NCBI GenBank assembly: GCA_964509595.1
Contig: CAZDXX010000001.1
Location: 1-37,398 of the forward strand
DNA length: 37,398 bases
DNA from: an uncultured Oscillospiraceae bacterium
Lineage (GTDB): Bacteria; Bacillota; Clostridia; Oscillospirales; Oscillospiraceae
Reading direction: 5' to 3'
Of this stretch, positions 8,100-16,201 are shown one piece after another. Position numbers and translations under genes: made by a program. Within the stretch, counting starts at the first letter, position 1, and every line of letters starts with the position of its first letter. The notes under the pieces are model-generated. The model had not been told where the DNA came from. It saw only the letters and a list, made by a program, of their open reading frames with translations, and ran no database searches.

Positions 8100-9543
8100 T
8101 GTAGGTACCGGCTGCGGTGTTGCCGCCGTGACCCGTCCAGTTGGTGTGGAAGAACTGGCCGCGGGGCTGATCGATGCGCTCATAGGTATGTGCTCCAAAA
8201 TAGTCACGCTGGGCCTGCAGCAGGTTTGCAGGCAGGCTCTCAGTAGTGTAACCATCAAAGTAGTTCAGTGCTGCGGAGAATGCGGGCATAGGGATACCGA
8301 CCTTCACTGCGTAAGCCACGACCTCACGCCATGCAGGGATCAAGGTCTTGATGGTTTCAGCAAAGTAATCATCCAGCAAGAGATTCTCCAAAGCAGGGTT
8401 CTTATCATAAGCTTCCTTGATCTTGCCCAGGAAAACGCTGCGGATAATACAGCCACCGCGCCACATCAGGGCAATGCCGCCGTAGTTCAGGTTCCAGTTA
8501 TTGGTCTGAGCGGCGGTACGCATCAGGGTGTAGCCCTGAGCATAAGAAATGATCTTGGATGCATACAGAGCCTTGCGAATGCACTCAACGAACGCAGCCT
8601 TATCTCCTTCGAATTCAGGAATATTCTTAGTGAAAACCTTGGATGCAGTCACACGTTCTGCCTTCTGTGCGGACAGGCAGCGAGCAAACACAGCTTCACC
8701 GATCAGCGTCAGAGGAACGCCCTCATCCATAGCGGAAATACCGGTCCACTTGCCGGTACCCTTCTGGCCGGCAGTGTCCAGAATCATGTCAACAGTGCTT
8801 TCACCGTTTTCATCCTTGTAACCCAGAATATCGCGGGTAATTTCAATCAGGTAGCTGTCCAGTTCGGTCTCGTTCCACTGCGTGAATACTTCGTGCATTT
8901 CCTCATTGGTCATGCCCAGACCGTCACGCATAAGCTGATATGCCTCACAAATCAGCTGCATGTCGCCGTATTCGATACCGTTGTGGACCATCTTGACAAA
9001 GTGACCGGCACCATTCTCGCCCACCCAATCGCAGCAGGCGGAACCGTCTTCTACCTTGGCACAAATACCTTGGAAAATGGGCTTCACATACTCCCATGCG
9101 GCAGGAGAACCTCCCGGCATCATGGAGGGACCGTTCAACGCACCCTCTTCACCGCCGGAAACACCGCAGCCCACATACAGCAGACCTTTGCTCTCCACAT
9201 AAGCAGTACGGCGGATGGTATCGGGAAAATGGCTGTTGCCGCCATCGATGAGGATGTCGCCCTCTTCCAGATGGGGAATCAGCTGGTCGATCAGCTGGTC
9301 AACAGCTGCGCCGGCCTTGACCATCATGAAGACCTTTCTGGGCTTCTCAAGGCTGGCGACCAGCTCTTCAACAGAGTAGCAGCCGATGATGTTCTTACCG
9401 GCAGCGCGGCCTTCCACAAACTTCTTGACCTTCTCCGTAGTACGATTATAAACAGCTACAGTGAAGCCTTTGGATTCCATATTCATGACCAGGTTCTCGC
9501 CCATAACGGCAAGACCGACCAGTGCAATATCAGCTTTCTTCAT
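8092..9543 (-). CDS. gnd: NADP-dependent 6-phosphogluconate dehydrogenase (decarboxylating)
   Basis: MKKADIALVGLAVMGENLVMNMESKGFTVAVYNRT (Rossmann), GGNSHF, HFVKMVHNGIEYGDMQLI..., YFGAHTYERID. This is a full-length match to the Gnd family pattern. Confidence 0.95.
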   Translation of the reverse strand: MKKADIALVGLAVMGENLVMNMESKGFTVAVYNRTTEKVKKFVEGRAAGKNIIGCYSVEELVASLEKPRKVFMMVKAGAAVDQLIDQLIPHLEEGDILIDGGNSHFPDTIRRTAYVESKGLLYVGCGVSGGEEGALNGPSMMPGGSPAAWEYVKPIFQGICAKVEDGSACCDWVGENGAGHFVKMVHNGIEYGDMQLICEAYQLMRDGLGMTNEEMHEVFTQWNETELDSYLIEITRDILGYKDENGESTVDMILDTAGQKGTGKWTGISAMDEGVPLTLIGEAVFARCLSAQKAERVTASKVFTKNIPEFEGDKAAFVECIRKALYASKIISYAQGYTLMRTAAQTNNWNLNYGGIALMWRGGCIIRSVFLGKIKEAYDKNPALENLLLDDYFAETIKTLIPAWREVVAYAVKVGIPMPAFSAALNYFDGYTTESLPANLLQAQRDYFGAHTYERIDQPRGQFFHTNWTGHGGNTAAGTYNA

Positions 9544-9560
9544 TGTGTAGTGCCTCCTTA

Positions 9561-10640
9561 TTAGCGCTGGACGCGGGCATTGCCGGCGTAGATGTCCCAG
9601 ATTTGCTTCTCGTCAGCAGGTTGGGCATAGTCATTCAGGCTGGTGGCAGCCAGCACACCGCTGGCCCAGCCAAACTGAAGGCACTTTTCGGGCTCCCAAC
9701 CGGAGATCAAGCCATACAGCAGGCCGCCGGTAAAGCCGTCACCGCCACCGATGCGATCCATGACAGGAATGGGACGGGGCTCTTCCACGCACCACTCGCC
9801 ATCTGCATGGAGCAGGCAGCCCCACAGATGCTCGTTGGCGCTGATGACCTGGCGCAGGGTGGTACCATAAACCTTGGCATTGGGATACTTGACCATGACC
9901 TCAGCGATCATACCCTTGAAGCTTTCAATCTTGGAGGACAGATCCTTGCCGCCAGCCTCGGGGCCCTTGAAGCCCAGGCACAGCTGGAAGTCTTCTTCGT
10001 TGCCGACCAGAACGTCAGCCACGGATGCAATCTGGTGGAACGCCTCATGAAGTTCCTCCTCACGGCCCTTCCAGAAGGTGGCGCGGTGGTTCAGGTCGAA
10101 ACTGACCAGAGTGCCGTACTTCTTGGCAGCTTTGGCGCACTCCAGACAGAAAGTGGTAGTGCTTTCACTCATGGCAGCGATCAGGCCGGAAATATGCAGA
10201 ATACCCACACCTTCCTGACCAAAGATGCGGTCCACATCGAACTCGTCAATGGACAGAGTACGGCCAACCTCACCGGCGCGGTCATTCCACACGCGGGGAG
10301 CACGCAGGCCGAAGCCGGAATCAGCAATGTTGAACTGGTGACGGTAACCCCAGGGGCCGCCCTGATCCACTTCAACGCCTTCGTAATTAATGTTCCGGGA
10401 GCGCAGGTCACTCTTGATAAACTGAGCGATGGGGCTGCCCTTGACGAACTTGGTCATTGCCAGGCACTCCTTGCCCAGAGAAGACGCAACATTCAGCACA
10501 TTGGTCTCAGCGCTGGTGGCCTGCATGTAAAAATGATTGCTGGTATGAACGGCCATGCGATTGTCGGGAGTGATGCGAACGCCCATACTGGTCGGGCAAG
10601 CGATGGCATAACGAGTGTTGGCGCGAAGATTCAGTTCCAT
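9561..10640 (-). CDS. PfkB-family sugar kinase (2-dehydro-3-deoxygluconokinase-like; substrate not determinable)
   Basis: 359 aa with the ribokinase-fold C-terminal motif DRIGGGDGFTGGLLYG and N-terminal PTSMGVRITP, as seen in KdgK-like kinases. It is the first gene of the operon. Confidence 0.75.
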   Translation of the reverse strand: MELNLRANTRYAIACPTSMGVRITPDNRMAVHTSNHFYMQATSAETNVLNVASSLGKECLAMTKFVKGSPIAQFIKSDLRSRNINYEGVEVDQGGPWGYRHQFNIADSGFGLRAPRVWNDRAGEVGRTLSIDEFDVDRIFGQEGVGILHISGLIAAMSESTTTFCLECAKAAKKYGTLVSFDLNHRATFWKGREEELHEAFHQIASVADVLVGNEEDFQLCLGFKGPEAGGKDLSSKIESFKGMIAEVMVKYPNAKVYGTTLRQVISANEHLWGCLLHADGEWCVEEPRPIPVMDRIGGGDGFTGGLLYGLISGWEPEKCLQFGWASGVLAATSLNDYAQPADEKQIWDIYAGNARVQR

Positions 10641-11081
10641 AATAATTACTTCCTTTCATCTTGCTTTAAATACACTTAAATTGTTTTACTTCAGAAAAAG
10701 AGTTGCAATATTTTCTCCATTGTATCATTTTTTATTTTACATCCTCTTTTTACTTTTTTAAAGAAATATTTTGGTGAATCCATAAAGTGACCCAAAATTT
10801 TTACTAGAAAATATATTTTTGTCTAGATTCTTTCGTTCCACGTTATTTCCCTACAGAAAACAAGGGGTCTTTTCCTCAAACGCGGAACGCTTTTCATTTT
10901 TATTTCCTGCTTCAAGCCTCAAAATTCCCTCATTGATCTTAGCAAAAATTGGATTGTTTCATCACAAATTCCTCGACTGGATGAAGAACGTGATTCATGC
11001 TGCCGAGATGTCTTCTACGACCATGATAAGGCCGCCGCATCTATTGTCAAGTTCCATCAAGAATTCCAGCCTGATGTAATG

Positions 11082-11128
11082 AAAATCAGCCTCGAAATGG
11101 CGTTTGCCATTTCAAGGCTGATTTTTTT
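11082..11128 (+). terminator. Strong intrinsic terminator; best in the plus-strand sense and usable in both directions
   Basis: AATCAGCCTcGAAATGGC-gttt-GCCATTTCaAGGCTGATT followed by T7 (11122-11128) on the plus strand. It lies 3 nt from the stop of the minus-strand gene 11131-11634, for which the U-tract is only UUUCAUU. Confidence 0.7.
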
Positions 11129-11130
11129 GA

Positions 11131-11634
11131 TCAAAGAATTTTCTTCAAATATTTCACTGCAAGGGCCTCAAAACGCGGCACGGCAAAGTCATAGACGAGA
11201 AATGTCACGTTTCCCAATATCAGGAGAAGAATCAGCATTGCAGTCCCCATACTTTCCGGAACCAAAACCAGAATCAGCAATGCTTCCAGAGAAATCACAA
11301 TCACGTTAAAAATCAAGAGTTTGACCAAAATCCGCAGAATGCGCTGCAAGCGCTGGAGTTTAGGTCTCAGAATCGGGTACCAGCCAAACAAACAAATGAA
11401 CATCAAATTCTGCTCCAGATTGGATACCATCATCATGCTAAGCAAACCAATTGCGATCCATAACAGAAGTTGGTACTTGATTCCCCATTCTTTCCCGATA
11501 GCTGCCAGGCTCAAACCGACCAGCATAGGCGCCAAATACATGCCCAGCCCTAAAACATTCCCCAACAACATGATAACAACACCTAACGCCGCGGTTACTC
11601 CACAGACGGCAATTCTCTTTGACTGTTTTTTCAC
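11131..11634 (-). CDS. Small polytopic membrane protein, uncharacterised; paralog of 31884-32420
   Basis: 167 aa with about 5 hydrophobic segments. Blocks shared with the 178-aa ORF at 31884-32420: RIAVCGVTAAL / RVALGGVLAAL, LFGWYP / FFGLYP, L.RL...L.KL.FN, GNVTFLVYDF / GNVVFLIYDY. Confidence 0.7.
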   Translation of the reverse strand: MKKQSKRIAVCGVTAALGVVIMLLGNVLGLGMYLAPMLVGLSLAAIGKEWGIKYQLLLWIAIGLLSMMMVSNLEQNLMFICLFGWYPILRPKLQRLQRILRILVKLLIFNVIVISLEALLILVLVPESMGTAMLILLLILGNVTFLVYDFAVPRFEALAVKYLKKIL

Positions 11635-11675
11635 TGAAACGCTCCTTTAAACTACGAACTGTATTTGCAACGGAA

Positions 11676-11704
11676 ATTATACCACACGTTACAGCCCGTT
11701 GCAA
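11676..11704 (-). promoter_or_regulatory. SigA promoter (extended -10) of the 11131-11634 gene
   Basis: Minus strand: TTGCAA (11699-11704), 17 nt, TGgTATAAT (-10 hexamer is rc of 11676-11681). Confidence 0.65.
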
Positions 11705-11726
11705 ACAAGTATCCTTTTATTGTTAT

Positions 11727-11760
11727 CAAAAACAGGGCACGATCCGTACGGACCGTGCCC
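11727..11760 (-). terminator. Intrinsic terminator of the P-type ATPase gene
   Basis: Minus-strand RNA: GGGCACGGUCCGUACGGAUCGUGCCC followed by UGUUUUUG, starting 5 nt after the stop at 11766. Confidence 0.85.
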
Positions 11761-11765
11761 AAAGC

Positions 11766-14369
11766 TCACCAAGGTTTTCTTCTTACTCGACCTACAGCCT
11801 TAGAGATTTCACTGACAATCAGCGGAATCAAGGACAAGCCAACAACCACCAGCCATTCTGTTCCGGTTAAAACTGTGATATGGAAAACCGGACGAAGGAA
11901 CGGAATCAGCAACACAGCCAATTGGAGTACAAGCCCTACTACAAAGGCCTTGTTCATGGTCTTATTGGTCAGCAGACCGATTTGAAAAACGGACAAATGC
12001 TCACTGCGTACTGCAAAGGCACGAGTCAACTCACAAAAAACCAGTGTAGCGAATGCCATGGTATTGGCTGTTCCATCTGCCAACAGCGGATCGGACAGAA
12101 CATATTCACCCAGCACATAAGCCGCCAGGGTTACAACGCTGACCAGTACTCCGTAAAAAATCATACTAAATGCAAATCCATGGGCAAAAACACTATCTTT
12201 GGGATTGCGGGGTTTCTGCTTCATGATGCCGGTTTCCACCGGCTCCATACCCAATGCCAGCGCCGGAAGCGAATCGGTTACCAGATTCAGCCACAACAGT
12301 TGAATAGGCACCAACGGCATCTGGTGGAAATTGAGCGCAGTAGCAATAAAAATGATAATGACTTCGCCAATATTACAAGACAGCAAATATTGAATGGATT
12401 TCTTGATGTTGGCGTAAATGCCTCTGCCCTGCTCCACCGCGTGAACGATCGTGGCAAAATTGTCGTCGGTCAGGATCATGTCAGCCGCGCCCTTGGCCAC
12501 ATCGGTTCCGGTAATACCCATGGCACAGCCGATGTCTGCCGTCTTCAGGGCAGGAGCATCATTGACGCCGTCACCGGTCATGGCCACCACTTTCCCCTGG
12601 GCCTGCCAAGCCTGCACGATACGCATCTTATGCTCCGGAGACACCCGTGCGTAGACGGCATACCGCTCAACATTGTTTTCCAGCGTCTCCTGGCTCATGG
12701 CATCCAAATCTGCACCGGTAATAGCCAAGTCACCATTTCGGAAAATATCCAGTTCTTTGGCAATCGCTACCGCAGTCAGCTTGTGGTCTCCGGTGATCAT
12801 GACAGGCCGGATACCGGCGGCATAGCACTCCGCCACTGCCTGCTTCACTTCCATACGCGGTGGGTCGATCATACCAACGAGGCCCACAAACGTCAAATCG
12901 GTCTCCAGCGTTTCGGTAGTCAACTCCTCCGGGATAGCATCCACATCCCGATAAGCCACGCCCAGTACTCGCAGAGCCCGAGAAGCCATTTCCTCATTGC
13001 GCTTCGCTGCAGCCATCATTTGACCTTGCTTCATCACACATCGACGCAGCAACACATCAGGCGCGCCTTTGACCATAATGCGGAACTTGTCACCCACGGA
13101 ATGAACGGTGCTCATCAGCTTTCGATCTGAGTCAAAGGGAAGCTCTGCCACTCTGGGCATGGTCTCTTCCAGATGGTTTTTGTCCAATCCCTCTTTGACC
13201 GCAATATCTACGAAAGCTGTCTCTGTGGGATCACCGGCAGTCTTAACGATACCATTCTCATAGGTCAGCACAGTATCATTGCACAGACAGCCGATAGTCA
13301 GCGCCAGCGAGCGATCCGACTCTTGCAGCGACCAAACATCCACTACGGTCATCTTGTTCTGAGTCAAGGTGCCGGTCTTATCAGAACAGATCACACTGGC
13401 ACACCCCAGAGTCTCCACTGCAGGCAGCTTTTTAATAATTGCATTGCGCTTGACCATGCGCTGTACCCCAATCGCCAGCACAATGGTAACCACAGCTGCC
13501 AAACCTTCCGGAATTGCTGCCACCGCCAAAGAAACGGCAGTCATAAAGATTTCAAGGACAGGCCTCTGGTAGAGCAGACCCACACCAAACATGATAACAC
13601 ATACTGCCAAGCAAAGGATAGATAGCGTCTTTGAGATTTCCGCCATTTTCTTTTGAAGCGGTGTTTGACCGTCCTCCTCCCCCATCAGCATGTTGGCGAT
13701 CCGTCCAACCTCTGTCTCCATACCCGTCGCTGTTACCACACAGGTTGCACGGCCGTTGGTAATGACAGTGGAGGAAATGACCATATTTTTGCGGTCTCCC
13801 AACACGGTCTCTTCAGGCAGCGTTTCGATGGCAGCCTTGGATACCGGAACCGATTCGCCTGTCATGGCGGCTTCATCTGCCTTTAGGTTAGCACTGGTCA
13901 AAATGCGGGCGTCGGCAGGCACCAGGTCACCGGCCTCCAGCACAATGATGTCTCCGGGTACCAGCTGGTCGGTACTAATACGGATGATTTCTCCATCACG
14001 CAGCACCTTTGCCAGTGGGGCTGACATATTCCGCAAAGCTTCCAACGCCTTATTAGCGTTATCTTCCTGGGTAATGGAAATCACTGCGTTGACGATCACG
14101 ATCAGCAGAATAATGATGGGATCCGCCCAGTCACTAAATCCGCTGGATACCAGAGATAGAACAGCAGCCACCAAAAGTACGATGATCATAGGATCGCGCA
14201 ATTGGTTCAGAAAGCGTTTGAGCATACTTTCTTTTTCTGCTCCCTGCAACTGGTTCGGTCCATATTCTTCCAGGCGCTGTTTGGCCTCCTGCGTGCTCAA
14301 TCCGCATTGTTCGTTGGCATGCAGCTCAGACAGCACTCGCTCTTCTGTCAAATGATGCCACAATTTCAA
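11766..14369 (-). CDS. Cation-translocating P-type ATPase, type II (Ca2+/Mn2+-ATPase, YloB/PMCA-SERCA-like)
   Basis: Motifs seen: TGES, ICSDKTGTLTQNKM (phosphorylation site), IPEGLAAVVT (ion site), MITGDH, MTGDGVNDAPALK. 867 aa with an apparent TTG start behind AAAGGAG. Confidence 0.9.
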   Translation of the reverse strand: MKLWHHLTEERVLSELHANEQCGLSTQEAKQRLEEYGPNQLQGAEKESMLKRFLNQLRDPMIIVLLVAAVLSLVSSGFSDWADPIIILLIVIVNAVISITQEDNANKALEALRNMSAPLAKVLRDGEIIRISTDQLVPGDIIVLEAGDLVPADARILTSANLKADEAAMTGESVPVSKAAIETLPEETVLGDRKNMVISSTVITNGRATCVVTATGMETEVGRIANMLMGEEDGQTPLQKKMAEISKTLSILCLAVCVIMFGVGLLYQRPVLEIFMTAVSLAVAAIPEGLAAVVTIVLAIGVQRMVKRNAIIKKLPAVETLGCASVICSDKTGTLTQNKMTVVDVWSLQESDRSLALTIGCLCNDTVLTYENGIVKTAGDPTETAFVDIAVKEGLDKNHLEETMPRVAELPFDSDRKLMSTVHSVGDKFRIMVKGAPDVLLRRCVMKQGQMMAAAKRNEEMASRALRVLGVAYRDVDAIPEELTTETLETDLTFVGLVGMIDPPRMEVKQAVAECYAAGIRPVMITGDHKLTAVAIAKELDIFRNGDLAITGADLDAMSQETLENNVERYAVYARVSPEHKMRIVQAWQAQGKVVAMTGDGVNDAPALKTADIGCAMGITGTDVAKGAADMILTDDNFATIVHAVEQGRGIYANIKKSIQYLLSCNIGEVIIIFIATALNFHQMPLVPIQLLWLNLVTDSLPALALGMEPVETGIMKQKPRNPKDSVFAHGFAFSMIFYGVLVSVVTLAAYVLGEYVLSDPLLADGTANTMAFATLVFCELTRAFAVRSEHLSVFQIGLLTNKTMNKAFVVGLVLQLAVLLIPFLRPVFHITVLTGTEWLVVVGLSLIPLIVSEISKAVGRVRRKPW

Positions 14370-14399
14370 TCGAAGTACACTCCTTTTTTGCTGTTTACG

Positions 14400-15767
14400 C
14401 TACCACATCAAAGCCCAGACACCAAAGAAAATCAATGTCAGCACTACAAAGAAAATGATGCAGTAACCCATAATATCCTTCATTTTCAAACCGGCAATAC
14501 CTAACAATGGGATGGCCCAGAACGGCTGAATGATGTTGGATATTGTTTCGCCAGCTGTAAAGCTGATAAGGAATTTATTTGCTTCCACACCCAAATCCAG
14601 CGCCGCCTGCCCCAACGCAGGACCGGCAACCATGAAAATGCCGCCAGAGGACGGAATGAAGAAGTTGATAATAGCCATACAGAAGTAACACAGGTACGGA
14701 AAGGACGACGCAGAAGAATTATTTGCAAATGCATTGGCGATAATAGCCACGAGTCCGGACGATGCCATCATACCCTGAATGCCCGCATAGAAGGGGAACT
14801 GAAGCACCACACCAAAGGCGCTGCGCACACCTTCCTCTGCTGCCATCAACAAGTTACGAGGCGTACCGTGGAGAATAATACCAAACATCAGCAGAATGAA
14901 GTTCATGACATCCAACGTCAAATCCATACCGCGAGTGGCAAACCAGTATACGATGTAAACGACACCTGCGAAACCAATAATCAAAGTGGTGATCGGACTG
15001 TTATCAATGCGTTCTGCCACAGTCATTTCGTTTTTTGGCTTACGGTTTGCTTTCAATGCCAGAGCCGCCTCATCCTGCTCCAGAAAACGCTCCAAAATAT
15101 CGGAATCCATTTCCGGCGTATCCTTGGGGTTGGTATGGATCAAGGCTGCCAACAAAGGAACTGCGATAATCAATCCAAGCACTTGTGCAATGAGCAGAGA
15201 GGAATCAAACACGGTTTGGCTCAACGGAATCAAACCCAGCATATCTTCCATAAAATAGCCCGGTGTGTTGACCAACAGGAATTCCGAACCTGAGATACCA
15301 AACAAACCGGTGGTAATGGCACCGGTATAGGCCACTGCAACGTACAATTTGAAGTCTACTTTTCGCAGATTCAGGGCCACAGAGCGAGCCAAAATCGCGC
15401 CGGCCACCAGACCAAGGCCCCAACTAATCCAGCCCAGAATCGCACTGGCAATCCCCACAAAGATGACGCCCTGAACTCCGTTTTTAGGAATTTTGCATAG
15501 TCTCACAAGAAATCGTTTGGCAGCCGGAGCACTAGCCACGATGTAACCTGTGGCGATAATCAGGGTCATCTGCATACTGAAGGACAGGAAGCCCCAGAAA
15601 CCTTCACCCCAGTACAGGATCATATCGAACGGTGAAGAATCGGTCAGGGCAATACCCATGACAAAAGTGATCATGGTCAAGATCAGCGCCAATACAACCG
15701 CATCCGGCAGAATATGATCCATTCCAAAGTTCAGCATTTGTGAGAGTTTTCTTAATCCCTTACGCAC
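14400..15767 (-). CDS. AtoE-family (TIGR00366-like) short-chain fatty acid transporter
   Basis: It appears co-linear with E. coli AtoE as I recall it (LPD..V.A..LT..TF......SP..M...WG.GFW..L.F.MQM.LII.TG...A..P; VQFPFYAGIQ.MM; INFF.PSGGG; QPFWA.PLL.IAGL...DIMGYC). GTG start behind AAGGAGG. Its stop lies 30 nt upstream of the ATPase start. Confidence 0.85.
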   Translation of the reverse strand: MRKGLRKLSQMLNFGMDHILPDAVVLALILTMITFVMGIALTDSSPFDMILYWGEGFWGFLSFSMQMTLIIATGYIVASAPAAKRFLVRLCKIPKNGVQGVIFVGIASAILGWISWGLGLVAGAILARSVALNLRKVDFKLYVAVAYTGAITTGLFGISGSEFLLVNTPGYFMEDMLGLIPLSQTVFDSSLLIAQVLGLIIAVPLLAALIHTNPKDTPEMDSDILERFLEQDEAALALKANRKPKNEMTVAERIDNSPITTLIIGFAGVVYIVYWFATRGMDLTLDVMNFILLMFGIILHGTPRNLLMAAEEGVRSAFGVVLQFPFYAGIQGMMASSGLVAIIANAFANNSSASSFPYLCYFCMAIINFFIPSSGGIFMVAGPALGQAALDLGVEANKFLISFTAGETISNIIQPFWAIPLLGIAGLKMKDIMGYCIIFFVVLTLIFFGVWALMW

Positions 15768-15865
15768 ATCCCTTTCCTCCTTCGATCAATTTATACGGGT
15801 ATCAAGCTCGGGAATAAATGATACAACTTTCCCACCTCCCATCATAATTTCGGGGGATGAAATGT

Positions 15866-16015
15866 AAAAAAGACCTGCCCACAAACGCCTTACGTCTATG
15901 GATAAGTCTCTGTGTTTCAGATGGACCCAACCCAGTTTTCGGTATCTCTCGCTTTCCAGGTGTGTTTTTGGATCCATCCCACGCCGTTTCTCGGTATGGT
16001 ACATACTCCCCTTAT
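15866..16015 (-). promoter_or_regulatory. Structured 5' leader: candidate riboswitch aptamer (yybP-ykoY / Mn2+-like signature) plus an overlapping intrinsic terminator
   Basis: The minus-strand RNA folds as follows:
- P1: AUAAG (rc of 16011-16015) pairs with CUUAU (rc of 15902-15906).
- Conserved-looking flanks: GGGGAGUA on the 5' side and ACAGAGAC on the 3' side.
- Hairpin: CAUACCG-AGAAA-CGGCGUG.
- Long hairpin: GGAUGGAUCCAA..ACCUGG / CUGGGUUGGGUCCAUCU with an A-rich internal loop.
- Competing terminator: GAGACUU-AU-CCAUAGAC-GUAAGGC-GUUUGUGG-GC-AGGUCUU-UUUU.

The 5' arm of the terminator reuses the 3' strand of P1. No P4-like hairpin was found, so the class assignment is tentative. Confidence 0.35.
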
Positions 16016-16172
16016 TCAGTTTTCATCTTTTGTCGTGAAACGAGACCGCCTCAGCGCTGCCTCCTTTGCCATAATATACGCCAAGCTCTCGCAAAAGTTG
16101 CTTACTTCCATTCGACTTTTCCCACTCTCAGACGCTGTCGAAAAAATTTCTTTTTAGTTAGAAAAATAATTG

Positions 16173-16201
16173 TTGACAAACAGCAGAACACTCGCTATAA
16201 T
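16173..16201 (+). promoter_or_regulatory. Consensus SigA promoter of the right tRNA-Ala
   Basis: TTGACA (16173-16178), 17 nt, TATAAT (16196-16201), 31 nt upstream of the tRNA 5' end. Confidence 0.75.

Noticed and set aside
8100-8258. 53-codon N-terminal extension of the HAD hydrolase ORF
   Set aside because: It lies wholly inside gnd in another frame, and the HAD motif I (DLDGT) follows 11 residues after the internal Met at 8099. The short form was adopted.
7993-9564. 523-aa plus-strand ORF
   Set aside because: It is entirely antisense to gnd, whose minus-strand translation is a full-length, motif-perfect 6-phosphogluconate dehydrogenase. The plus-frame product is low-complexity (Ala/Gly/His/Leu-rich) with no recognisable motif or RBS. 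This is a typical shadow ORF.
9522-10679. 385-aa plus-strand ORF
   Set aside because: It is antisense to the PfkB kinase gene and has no recognisable domain.
11880-14355. Several long plus-strand ORFs (11880-13130, 13173-13625, 13690-14355)
   Set aside because: All are antisense to the P-type ATPase, which carries every canonical motif on the minus strand.
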